A stretch of DNA of 60,669 bases, counting the filler. It is 3 parts of 3 records of this genome, joined end to end, with 100 filler letters (N's around TTAATTAATTAA, not from the genome) between each part and the next. Parts side by side here need not be neighbours in the genome. Positions count along the whole stretch, not along the records: positions 27,103 to 35,146 come from SRR31156797_5625; positions 35,247 to 60,669 come from SRR31156797_5639; 1 more part is not named here. One strand, written 5' to 3'. The notes beneath the pieces were generated by a model, which had not been told where the DNA came from, made no database searches, and worked only from the letters and a program-made list of their open reading frames with translations. Positions 28,528-38,300 of this stretch are shown here, one piece after another. The position numbers and the translations under genes were made by a program. The number at the start of each line of letters is the position of its first letter. Position 1 is the first letter of the stretch.

Positions 28528-29685
28528 ATGGAAGATATTACAATGAAAGCTATGGTCTTAACAGGTCATGGGGGAATAGAGAATTTACAATATAAAGATG
28601 TTGCAATACCAAGTCTAAAAAAAGATTATGTACTTATAAGAGTAACGGCAACAGCAAAAAATAATACAGATAGAAAAGCAAGAGAGGGTTTATACCCTGT
28701 TGATGATAATAATAAAAATGAAGTTACCTCTTTTAATATGACAGGAGATGATACTTTTCAATTTCCACGAATTCAAGGTGCTGATATAGTTGGAAAAGTT
28801 ATTGAAGTAGAAAACCAAAAAGATAAAGAGCTTATAGGAAAAAGAGGTTTAGTAGATTTTAATATCTATTTAGGAGAGAATCCAGATTTAAACCTTACGC
28901 CAGATTATTTTGGACATGGAGCCGATGGCGGATATGCCCAATTTGTTGCAGTTCCAAGTGAAAACTTCTATGCAATTGATAATAAAAACTTGTCAGATAC
29001 ACAATTGGCATCTTTAGGTATGTGTTCATACCAAACAGGTTTTAGAATGTTAAATGCCTCAAGAGTAAAAGAGGGAGATAGAGTTCTCATAAGTGGTGCA
29101 AGTGGCGGTGTTGGTACTGCACTTATTCAGATGTGTAGAGTTTTAGGAGCAATCCCTTATGCAATTAGTTCAGAAGATAAAGAGGATGCACTTTTAGAAT
29201 TAGGGGCACATAAAGTTATCCATAGAGCAGAAACTTCAACTTTAAAACAAAGAATTTTAGAAGCAACTGCTGGTAAAAACATAGATGCAGTTATGGACTT
29301 AGTAGGAGGTTCTTTTACAAATATTTTTATTGATACAATGATTGTTGATATGAAAAATAGAGATGATTATCCAAGATTAAGTATTGCAGGTGCAAGTTCA
29401 CACAATATCACAGAGATTTTATGGTCTAAAATATATCTATATCAAGTTGAGATTCATGGTGTATCACATGGTACTAAAAATGAAGCAAAACAATTAATGA
29501 AATGGATAAAAGAAGATAAGTTAAAACCTATTTTACACGCAACTTTTAAATTATCAGATTTACATTTGGCAGAAGAGTATTTTGTATCTAGAAGCAAAGC
29601 TTATCTTGGGAAAATAGTAATAGTTCCAGATTCCCAATGGGAAGAGCATGGAAAACAATATGCACTAAAGGACTTCTATGAATAA
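28528..29685 (+). CDS. MDR-family (zinc-binding/quinone-type) dehydrogenase
   Basis: MKAMVLTGHGG, FPRIQGADIVG, VLISGASGGVG, GKIVI; GGAG before ATG at 28528. Confidence 0.85.
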   Translation: MEDITMKAMVLTGHGGIENLQYKDVAIPSLKKDYVLIRVTATAKNNTDRKAREGLYPVDDNNKNEVTSFNMTGDDTFQFPRIQGADIVGKVIEVENQKDKELIGKRGLVDFNIYLGENPDLNLTPDYFGHGADGGYAQFVAVPSENFYAIDNKNLSDTQLASLGMCSYQTGFRMLNASRVKEGDRVLISGASGGVGTALIQMCRVLGAIPYAISSEDKEDALLELGAHKVIHRAETSTLKQRILEATAGKNIDAVMDLVGGSFTNIFIDTMIVDMKNRDDYPRLSIAGASSHNITEILWSKIYLYQVEIHGVSHGTKNEAKQLMKWIKEDKLKPILHATFKLSDLHLAEEYFVSRSKAYLGKIVIVPDSQWEEHGKQYALKDFYE

Positions 29686-30709
29686 CTCTCATAAAATAGG
29701 TCTTATTGATACCCATGCAAGTGGAGATGTAAGTAGAATCGTATTTGATGGAATAAAAAAATTAAAAGGAGCTAGTGTAAGAGAGCAAATGCTTTACTTA
29801 CAAAAAGATGCTGATGAGTTAAGACAAACTCTACTTTTTGAGCCTTATGGTATTCCTGAGATGTCAATAAACTTAGTGGTTCCTTCTAAAAACAAAGAGG
29901 CTGTTGCTGGTTATATTATAATGGAAGTTATGGGGTATCCAATTTACTCAGGCTCAAACACAATGTGTACAGCAACAGCAGTTATAGAAAAAGGTCTTGT
30001 AGAAAAAAAAGATGGGATACTCAATTTTAAACTAGAAGCTCCTGCTGGACTTGTAGATATTGAAGCAAAAGTTGAAAAAGGTATTGTTGAGTCAATAACT
30101 TGTGAAGGTTTACCCTCTTATATTTATCAGTATAAACAAAAAATTACCATAAAAGAGCTTGGAGAAGTAACTTATTCTATTGCTTATAGTGGAGGTTTTT
30201 ATATTCTTGTTGATGCAAAAGAATTAGGTTTTGATTTAGATATTAAAGAGGAAGAAAAGTTAAAAGAAACTGCATTTTTAATAATTGAAGCAGTAAGAAA
30301 AAAGCAAAACTTAGAGCATTATTTATTAGGAGATGTTGGACCTGTACCTTTTTTACATTTTATGGGTGAAGTAAAACAAAAAGAAAAAGGATTTTATACT
30401 TCAAAATCTACAACTTATGTTCATCCAAATGTGATTTGTAGAAGTACAACAGGTACAGGAACATCTGCAAGGTTGGCTTTTTTAGAGTATGAAAATAAGA
30501 TTAAGCCAGGAGACAGACTAGAAACTGTAAGTTTAAGAGGTACTAAGTTTATTGGTACCTTTGATGCAGTTGAGAACTGTGAAGGTTATAAAGTAATTAA
30601 GAATAGAACAACAGGCAAAAGCTATGTTATTGCAAAGTCTAATATTTTTGTAAATGAAGATGATTGTCTTGCAAAATATGATGGACTAAGTAAAATAATT
30701 AAAAAATAA
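29678..30709 (+). CDS. Proline-racemase superfamily protein (Ser/Thr-type active site)
   Basis: IDTHASG, YSGSNTMC, LEAPAGLV, IAYSGGFY, CRSTTGTGTSAR. Confidence 0.85.
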   Translation: MNNSHKIGLIDTHASGDVSRIVFDGIKKLKGASVREQMLYLQKDADELRQTLLFEPYGIPEMSINLVVPSKNKEAVAGYIIMEVMGYPIYSGSNTMCTATAVIEKGLVEKKDGILNFKLEAPAGLVDIEAKVEKGIVESITCEGLPSYIYQYKQKITIKELGEVTYSIAYSGGFYILVDAKELGFDLDIKEEEKLKETAFLIIEAVRKKQNLEHYLLGDVGPVPFLHFMGEVKQKEKGFYTSKSTTYVHPNVICRSTTGTGTSARLAFLEYENKIKPGDRLETVSLRGTKFIGTFDAVENCEGYKVIKNRTTGKSYVIAKSNIFVNEDDCLAKYDGLSKIIKK

Positions 30710-30720
30710 AAGGAGTCGGT

Positions 30721-31875
30721 ATGTATAAAAATTTTGATGAAGTAGTTGAGTTTGCTACTAATTTTAGACATAATTTACATAAAAACCCAGAATTAACTTG
30801 GGAAGAAACAAATACCGCAAAAGCTATTAGAAAGATATTAGAAGCACACAATATAACTTATAAAACTTATGCTTCTACAGGAACAGTTGGGTTATTAGCT
30901 CAAGATAAAAAAGGACCTCATATTGCACTTAGAGGAGATATTGATGCTCTTCCATTAGAGGAGAAAACTCAAGTAGATTATAAATCAACAAAACCACAAT
31001 GTATGCATGCTTGCGGACATGATGGTCACACAGCAACACTTATTGCTGCTGCTATTTGGTTAAAACAAAATGAAGATAAACTTGAAAACCCAGTATCGCT
31101 TGTATTTCAACCAGCTGAAGAGGGAGGTCATGGTGCTAAGAAGATGCTTGAAGAGGGAGCATTAGAGGGTGTTGATATGATTTTTGGTTGGCATAATTGG
31201 CCAGCAATACCATTTGGACAAGCTGTTTGCCCAGATGGAACTGTTATGGCAGGAAATGGAACTTTTCATATTACACTTAAAGGTTTAGGTGGACACTCAT
31301 CTCAACCTGAACTTTGTAAAGACCCAGTTTTAGCAGCTTCTGCACTAACTATGGCTTTACAACAAATTGTAAGCAGACAAGTAGCACCACAAGATGCAGT
31401 AGTTGTGTCTGTTACATCTATTGATGCAATTAGTGGTGTTACTGTTATTCCTGATAGTGCAAAAGTTGAAGGAAGTATTAGAGTTCCAACAAATGAACTA
31501 AAAACAAAAGTCTTTAAACAAATAGAAGAGATTTCAAAAGCTATTGCAACCTCTTATAATGTTGATGTAGATATAGATTTAAGGGATAGATATCAACCTA
31601 CAATAAACCATAAAGAACAAGCTTCAAAGATGAGAGAAGTATTAAAAGATACCCTTGGAGAAAACTGGCAAAGTAATATTGCAACTCCAATTATGGCAAG
31701 TGAAGATTTTAGTTATTACTTAAATGAACTTCCAGGATGTTTTGCTTTAATTGGTAGTGATGATGGTATAGAAAAACACCAAAAACCTTGTCACAATGTA
31801 CACTATGATTTCAATGATAAACTTATCAAACCAGTTAGTATATCTTTAATGAAATTAGCAAATTTTGATTTCTAA
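30721..31875 (+). CDS. doeB2: M20D amidohydrolase, probable N-alpha-acetyl-diaminobutyrate deacetylase (DoeB2-like)
   Basis: LHKNPEL, RGDIDALP, MHACGHDGH, FQPAEEGG, WHNWP, ASEDF. Family is solid; the DoeB2 call rests on recalled resemblance and TeaCD context. Confidence 0.65.
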   Translation: MYKNFDEVVEFATNFRHNLHKNPELTWEETNTAKAIRKILEAHNITYKTYASTGTVGLLAQDKKGPHIALRGDIDALPLEEKTQVDYKSTKPQCMHACGHDGHTATLIAAAIWLKQNEDKLENPVSLVFQPAEEGGHGAKKMLEEGALEGVDMIFGWHNWPAIPFGQAVCPDGTVMAGNGTFHITLKGLGGHSSQPELCKDPVLAASALTMALQQIVSRQVAPQDAVVVSVTSIDAISGVTVIPDSAKVEGSIRVPTNELKTKVFKQIEEISKAIATSYNVDVDIDLRDRYQPTINHKEQASKMREVLKDTLGENWQSNIATPIMASEDFSYYLNELPGCFALIGSDDGIEKHQKPCHNVHYDFNDKLIKPVSISLMKLANFDF

Positions 31876-31886
31876 AGGAAACTTAG

Positions 31887-32444
31887 ATGTTTCCTTTGGT
31901 TATTGCATTTTTAGGAGTTTTAGGAATTATTCTAAATGCAATAGGTATGGCAATAAAAGATGTAATAAAAACTAAGATTTTATTAGGAACATCTGTATTA
32001 CTCATAATTCCAGACTTATATAATAGCAGTGGTATTCATGGAGTTTATCAATCTGCAATTATTGTATTGATGTATTATGTTGGGGCATTAGAGTATAAAA
32101 AAGTTGAAAAACTAATCTTATATTCGATTCCATTTTTTTCTGTTTTTTTATTAGTTGGATTAAAAGAGTATGAAGGCTTGTTGTTGGTTTTAGCATCAAT
32201 TACAACTCCACTTGCAACTATCTCTAAAGATTCATTTAAAATGAAACTTCTACTTCTTGTATCAACCCTTTCTTGGGGAGCTTATGCATTGTTAGTTCAA
32301 GCGTGGTTTGCTTTAATGTTTGATGTTTTAGGTGGTTTGGCATTGATATACTTTTTTGGTCAATATAGAAGAGAAAAAAAAGCAAAACAGATGTTAGAAA
32401 CTGTGTACACAGAAGTTGAAAAAACAAAAGAGATTTTTAAATAA
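31887..32444 (+). CDS. Small multi-TM inner-membrane protein (possibly YgjV-like)
   Basis: 185 aa, mostly hydrophobic helices; last gene of the operon. Confidence 0.6.
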   Translation: MFPLVIAFLGVLGIILNAIGMAIKDVIKTKILLGTSVLLIIPDLYNSSGIHGVYQSAIIVLMYYVGALEYKKVEKLILYSIPFFSVFLLVGLKEYEGLLLVLASITTPLATISKDSFKMKLLLLVSTLSWGAYALLVQAWFALMFDVLGGLALIYFFGQYRREKKAKQMLETVYTEVEKTKEIFK

Positions 32445-32452
32445 AACCTCTT

Positions 32453-33133
32453 TTATAAAAGTGTATATCCCTCTAAAGGAACATTTTTGATTACATTTTC
32501 AGGCATCTTTGCTCTTAACTCTTTGATAAAAGATTTAAGGGCATGAGTTGTCATCTCTTTATCAACCCAAAGTTCAGTTTCAATTTCATAGTAAGTAAGT
32601 ATTGCACCTTTTTTTTGATATAAAAGATGTAAAAACTCTTTTTCTCTTTTTCTTAAAGCAATAACCTCTTCATCTTTAAATATTAATTCTCTTTTTTTCA
32701 AGTCTAATAAAAGATTTTCGGATAACTTTACTGTTTGTAAATTTGTACTTAAAAGTTTCACTAAAGCTTCATTTAACTTTTTTGAGTTTAAAGGTTTTAA
32801 AATAAAATGATCAATATTTAAGTTAATTAAGTCTATTAAATACTCCTCATTTGAATATGCTGTTAACATAATAATTGAAGTAGTTTTATCCTCTTTTCTA
32901 ATTCTTTTTACAAGCTCAACACCATCACAATTTTTCATTTGGATATCACTTAATACAATTTTGGGCTTATAATCTTGGTATATTTCAAAGGCTTCTTCTC
33001 CATCTCTTGCTTCGTAAACTTCATCAAAATAATATTTTAATGTATCTACTATAACCTCTCTAATACCATCTTCGTCTTCTACACATAATATTGAATAATC
33101 TTTTAATTCATCTAATAATTTGCTGTCCATCAT
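32453..33133 (-). CDS. OmpR-family response regulator
   Basis: ILCVEDE, SDIQM, LTAYS, KP; C-terminal winged helix IKELRAK..IKNVPLEGY. Confidence 0.9.
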   Translation of the reverse strand: MMDSKLLDELKDYSILCVEDEDGIREVIVDTLKYYFDEVYEARDGEEAFEIYQDYKPKIVLSDIQMKNCDGVELVKRIRKEDKTTSIIMLTAYSNEEYLIDLINLNIDHFILKPLNSKKLNEALVKLLSTNLQTVKLSENLLLDLKKRELIFKDEEVIALRKREKEFLHLLYQKKGAILTYYEIETELWVDKEMTTHALKSFIKELRAKMPENVIKNVPLEGYTLL

Positions 33134-34255
33134 TTATCCTACCACTACTATTTTAAAAACTGCACCCTCTTCATCATTACATACAGTAAGCTCTCCACCC
33201 ATATTGTTTTCAATAATAAGTTTTGAGATGTAAAGACCAAGTCCAGTTCCTTTTGAGGAGTCTTTTGTACTAAAGTAAGGGTCAAATAATTGTTCAAAAT
33301 TCTCTTCAGGTATTCCACCTGCGTTGTCCTTAACTTTTATAATACTATTTAATCCTCTTCTTTCTATATTCAACTCTATTTTTGGATTTGTGATTTTTCT
33401 CTCAACTAAAATATCATTTGCATTTGTTAACAAGTTTAAAATTACTTGTGAAAACTCTGTTGGATATCCAAAAATTTCTCTGTCATCATTTGCATTTATT
33501 TTATATTTTATATTATTTTCTTCTAATGTTGCATTGATAAGATTCAACGCCCTATTACAAGAATCCAAAATATAAAAATGCTCTCTTTTTTTATCTGGTT
33601 TATAAAAATTTCTAAAGTCATCAATTGTTTTTGACATAAACTCAATCATTTTATCACTTCTATCTATTGAGTTTAAAATATGAGACTCATTTACTTTTTT
33701 AAACCTTGTTGCTGTTTCAAGTTCCATTAAAATACCAGATAACTCTGTTAATGGTTGTCTCCACTGATGGGCAATCATACTAATCATTGAACCCATTCTT
33801 GCTAATTTTGATTGTTCTAAAATAGCTTTATCTTTTCGTTTTGCCTCTTCAATACCTTTTGATACTTTTGAAGCTAGATTTTTATTTAGATTTTGTAGTT
33901 TTTTCTCTTTTACTTCAACTTGCCTTATATATTTTTTTACAATATCATTGATAATTGACATCATTAATAAAATAAAAAGTGCCATAAACCCTAAGATTGA
34001 AGCTGTAAGAATTATCATAAAGTGAGTAAAGTCATCTATTTTCTGTTCTAACTTTGCTCTTTTCTTTTTTTCAATTACATCAAAGTTTTTGGGTGGATAG
34101 TGCTTGATATAAACTACCTTATATTCTTGTAACTCTTTTTCAAAATCATCCTGAGTTATTTTCATATAATAAGATACAGTGAAAAAAGCAATAAATATAA
34201 CACTTAAAAAAGGAATCATAATTACGAAAAATGGAATCCCCTCTTTGTTAAACAT
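33134..34255 (-). CDS. Membrane sensor histidine kinase
   Basis: Two TM helices, IAHQWRQPL H-box (Campylobacterota type), DNAGGI, FDPYFSTK, GTGLGL. Confidence 0.92.
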   Translation of the reverse strand: MFNKEGIPFFVIMIPFLSVIFIAFFTVSYYMKITQDDFEKELQEYKVVYIKHYPPKNFDVIEKKKRAKLEQKIDDFTHFMIILTASILGFMALFILLMMSIINDIVKKYIRQVEVKEKKLQNLNKNLASKVSKGIEEAKRKDKAILEQSKLARMGSMISMIAHQWRQPLTELSGILMELETATRFKKVNESHILNSIDRSDKMIEFMSKTIDDFRNFYKPDKKREHFYILDSCNRALNLINATLEENNIKYKINANDDREIFGYPTEFSQVILNLLTNANDILVERKITNPKIELNIERRGLNSIIKVKDNAGGIPEENFEQLFDPYFSTKDSSKGTGLGLYISKLIIENNMGGELTVCNDEEGAVFKIVVVG

Positions 34256-34291
34256 CCTAAACCTTTTTTTACATATAATATCTAATTTGGT

Positions 34292-34978
34292 TTAAAAACT
34301 TTTGTCAATAAGCTTTTTAGCTAATAAATTTGTAACATCTATTAGATTTTTACTTTGTTGAGTTATGTTGATTAACGGAAGTTCTGTACAAGCTAAGAAA
34401 ATATCTTTTGCTTTTATATCATAAACTATATGCCTAAAATCATCAATTGTAATATATGAATTTCCACCGTACTTTTTTACATCATAAATCAATTTATGTA
34501 CTTTTTTAAAATCTTTAGGAACCTCAATTTTATATTTTTTTGATAAAGGCTGAAATACAGAAAATTCTTTCATTTGAATTACAGGCAAAGCACCAATTAT
34601 ACAAACTTCTTTAAGATTGTTTTCTTCAATATATTCTTCTAAGACATCTAAAGTTGAAATAAACTTATCTTCATAACCTATCTCTTTGATTTTATTTGCA
34701 TATAGATTTAAAGTATTACAAGCAATAACAAAATAATCTACATGTTTAGATATATCTTCAACAGTACTTTTTAATGTTTCCCAAACACTATCATAGTTTT
34801 TTTCTAGTTCCATTGAGTGTCCTAACTCAGGTACTGAAAAAATAGTTACATTTGGAGCATCAAGGTCGCCATTAAACTTTTCACCTAAAACCTCTTTGTT
34901 GATTTTTAAAACTTTTTGCCATAAATCAACACCCGCTTCTGGACCTGAACCAGTTATAATTCCAATTTTTTTTCTCAT
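34292..34978 (-). CDS. Aspartate/glutamate racemase family protein
   Basis: GIITGSGPEAG, IACNTL and LACTELP (two catalytic Cys). Confidence 0.88.
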   Translation of the reverse strand: MRKKIGIITGSGPEAGVDLWQKVLKINKEVLGEKFNGDLDAPNVTIFSVPELGHSMELEKNYDSVWETLKSTVEDISKHVDYFVIACNTLNLYANKIKEIGYEDKFISTLDVLEEYIEENNLKEVCIIGALPVIQMKEFSVFQPLSKKYKIEVPKDFKKVHKLIYDVKKYGGNSYITIDDFRHIVYDIKAKDIFLACTELPLINITQQSKNLIDVTNLLAKKLIDKSF

Positions 34979-34983
34979 AAATA

Positions 34984-35013
34984 AAAAAAGTGTAAGCTTA
35001 ACGCTTACACTTT
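34984..35013 (-). terminator. Terminator hairpin overlapping the stop of the upstream partial gene
   Basis: AAAGTGTAAGC..GCTTACACTTT with a T-run on the minus strand. Confidence 0.7.
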
Positions 35014-35145
35014 ATCCTTTGCTCTTATGTCATTGATATTATCAACAATCTCTTTCCAAATATTTTTATCGATTTTGAATTCACTGTAGTCATTATATCG
35101 AAGAACTGGGTTTTTACCCTCTTTTAATTGTCTATCATAACCTTT
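35005..35145 (-). CDS. C-terminal fragment of an unidentified gene cut by the contig edge
   Basis: Open frame KGYDRQLKEGKNPVLRYNDYSEFKIDKNIWKEIVDNINDIRAKDKV* ending at the hairpin. Confidence 0.55.
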   Translation of the reverse strand, partial: KGYDRQLKEGKNPVLRYNDYSEFKIDKNIWKEIVDNINDIRAKDKV

Positions 35146-35146
35146 G

Positions 35147-35246
35147 NNNNNNNNNNNNNNNNNNNNNNNNNNNNNNNNNNNNNNNNNNNNTTAATTAATT
35201 AANNNNNNNNNNNNNNNNNNNNNNNNNNNNNNNNNNNNNNNNNNNN
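35147..35246. other. Artificial contig-joining spacer
   Basis: N44-TTAATTAATTAA-N44. Confidence 0.98.
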
Positions 35247-35380
35247 CATGTTATTAATAACATGTCCTCTTTTTTTTCGTAGTAAAATTAGTCTTTGTTA
35301 TGAGTTATACTCTATTAAGGACACAATATTGGTGGTATTTTATATATTTACCGACTAATAAAAAATAAACAATAGCAAGT

Positions 35381-38300
35381 ATGAAGTTAAGCCAGATATC
35401 CTCACTTTTTATTTTGATAATTTTATTACTTGTTGTTAACTTAACTTATTCGCAAACCATAAATGGTATAGTGAATAGTTATGCTAGAGTAACAAATATT
35501 GCAGGAAATCAATTTACAATTGGTACTCCTGCTGGTAAAGCCGGAGCATCATTAAGTGATTTTGATACTGGAAAAAAAGTACTTATTTATCAAGCTAAAG
35601 GTGCAAGTATTAATACTGGTAATAATTCTTCATTTGGACAAGTAAGCACCTTAGGAAATGCTGGTCGTTACGAAATAGCAACTGTGCAATCGAGAAGTGG
35701 GAGTACAGTCACATTCACCAGTGTAGTTAATTCCTACTCTACGAATGGAATGGTTCAATTGATTAGTATTCCACAATATAACAATGTAACTACGAATGGA
35801 ACTTTAACATCTCAGGCATGGAATCAATCCAATGGCTATGGAGGTGTGTTAATACTACAAGCTAATACTCTTACATTAGGAGCAAATATTAGTGTTGATG
35901 GTCAGGGGTTCGCTGGTGGTACAAGAAGCAGTAACAATGGAAATGGTTGTACAACAATTTATAGAAGTAACAGTAGTATCTACGGAGGAAAAGGAGAAGG
36001 AATATCTACTTATTCATCAAATTTGAGAGGTCAAGGTCCTTTAGCTAATGGTGGAGGTGGAGGATCTACTCATAATGCAGGTGGAGGTGGAGGATCTAAC
36101 CACGGACAAGGTGGGCAAGGAGGAATAGGTTGGAATTGTACCTCATCTAATTATGCTGGAGGAACAGCAGGAGATGCCATGACTTATAATAAAACTAGTC
36201 AAAGATTATTCTTTGGTGGTGGTGGTGGTGGTGGTCAGCAAAATAACTCCGTTGGAACTAATGGTGGTAATGGTGGTGGTATAATTATATTAATTGTAAA
36301 TACTTTAACTACAAATTGCAGTGCGAATCATGTAATTTCAGCTTTAGGAAATTCTGTAGGCAATTCTGGGAATGACGGCGGCGGCGGTGGAGGAGCAGGA
36401 GGAGTTATATTAATTCACACACAAAATTATCAACCTAATTCTTGTCAGATAAATTTAACTGTTGATGGTGGTGATGGTGGAAATGTTGGTTCAAGTGCTG
36501 CTCATGGTGGTGGCGGTGGTGGTGGATCAGGTCTGATCTATTCATCAATAGCTTTTCCTTCTGGAGTGAATACTTCAGGTAGTAATGGTGCAGATGGTGA
36601 AGATAATACTGGGGGAAATCATTCTGGAAATGAGGGAACGGATGAACCGATTGATATTGTTATTGATCCTGAAGTGCCTGGAGTTAATCCAGTAAGAGGT
36701 CCTGGTGGACATTTGGATGGTCTAAGAATTTGGTTTATGGCAGATCCAAATTACATTTTTCCAAATGACAATTTATCTGGAAGTATTGGAGATGGACAAC
36801 AATTGAAATCATGGGAAAATTTAGCTGCTTTTAATAATTATTTAAAGATACAGGGAGCAAATACCAATGCATCTTTCGAAAATTCAAGTGGAGATTTATT
36901 GAATTATAATGCAGTGATTCGAATGAATAATACGAATCGAAATCTTATGTCAGAAGAGAATGTTGAGGCACAAACTGTTGTTGTTGTAACAAAATCAAAT
37001 TCTACCAATAGTCTTGCAGGTCTTGTTGGGTTAGAAGGTGATAAAGGAATTCGAAAAGCTGATGACAGTAATTATTGGGGAAGTTATAATAATGATGATT
37101 GGAATAGTGGTGGAAATTCATTTATTAATGGTTCCGCTGGATATCAGCATGATAGAGAGTGGCATATTGTTTATCAGGAAAGGGGAAATTCACACACAAA
37201 TAAATTTTATGCTGGTGGATATTATAATAATAGAGGATATTATGGAGATATCGCTGAGATTATTTCCTATGACGACCGTTTATCTAATCAGGAACAAAAT
37301 CAGATCGAAACTTATTTAGCCATTAAATATGGAATTACTCTTGTAAACAAAAATTATATTGATTCAGATGGTAGTATAGTTTGGAATGCCACATCGAACA
37401 ATAGCTATAATAATGATATTTTTGGTATTGGTCGTGATAATATTTCTCTTTTAAATCAATTTCAATCAAAAAGTATTAATGGTGATGCAGTACTTGATAT
37501 TCAAGCTGAATCAACCTTAAGTGATAGGGTTTACTTGATATTTGGAAATGATAATGCTACCCTAACAGATAGAAGCACGGAGGTGCCATCAAGCAGAGGA
37601 GAGAGAATTGCAAGAATATGGAAAGTAGCCAGGTCTGGTAATCCTGGAACTGTAGAATTGAGTTTTGATTTGGCAAGTTTGGGGATAAGTTCTCCAAATG
37701 TTAATGATTTTGCATTATTGATTAGTTCTTCAGAGGATTTTACAAGTGCAACAGAACATGTTACAGGTATAAGTTTAAATGCTAGTCAGGATGTACTTAC
37801 ATTTACAAATGTATCAGTAACAAATAATCAGTATATTACTTTAGCGACAAAACCAAAGCCAGCTCCCGGAGGTGGAGAAGCAAATCTGGAATTTTGGCTT
37901 AAAGCTGATGCTGGAACTAGTACAACAACGGATGGAGTAGCTGTTACAACTTGGTCAGATCAATTAAATACCAATAATGCTGTTCAAAGGTCTGGTATTT
38001 CTCAGCCTATCTATCGAACTAATAGGTTAAATTTTAATCCTATTTTAGACTATTCAGGTTCTACAAATAGAGTATTAACCATTCCGGATTCAGATGAGCT
38101 GAATAATATGACTTCTACTTTAGAGAAGGCTTTTAGTATTGTATTTACTACGGGTGGCGATATAAATACTAGACAGGTTATTTATGAAGAAGGAGGAACA
38201 GCTCGAGGTATCAATACATATATTTTTAATGGTGAATTGTATATTGGAGCCTGGAATTTGAATAACGATGGAACAGGTTCACCTTGGGGATATTTTTCAG

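Noticed and set aside
36215-36235. (GGT)7 as a phase-variation tract
   Set aside because: In-frame triplet encoding poly-Gly within a Gly-rich domain; slippage would not shift frame.
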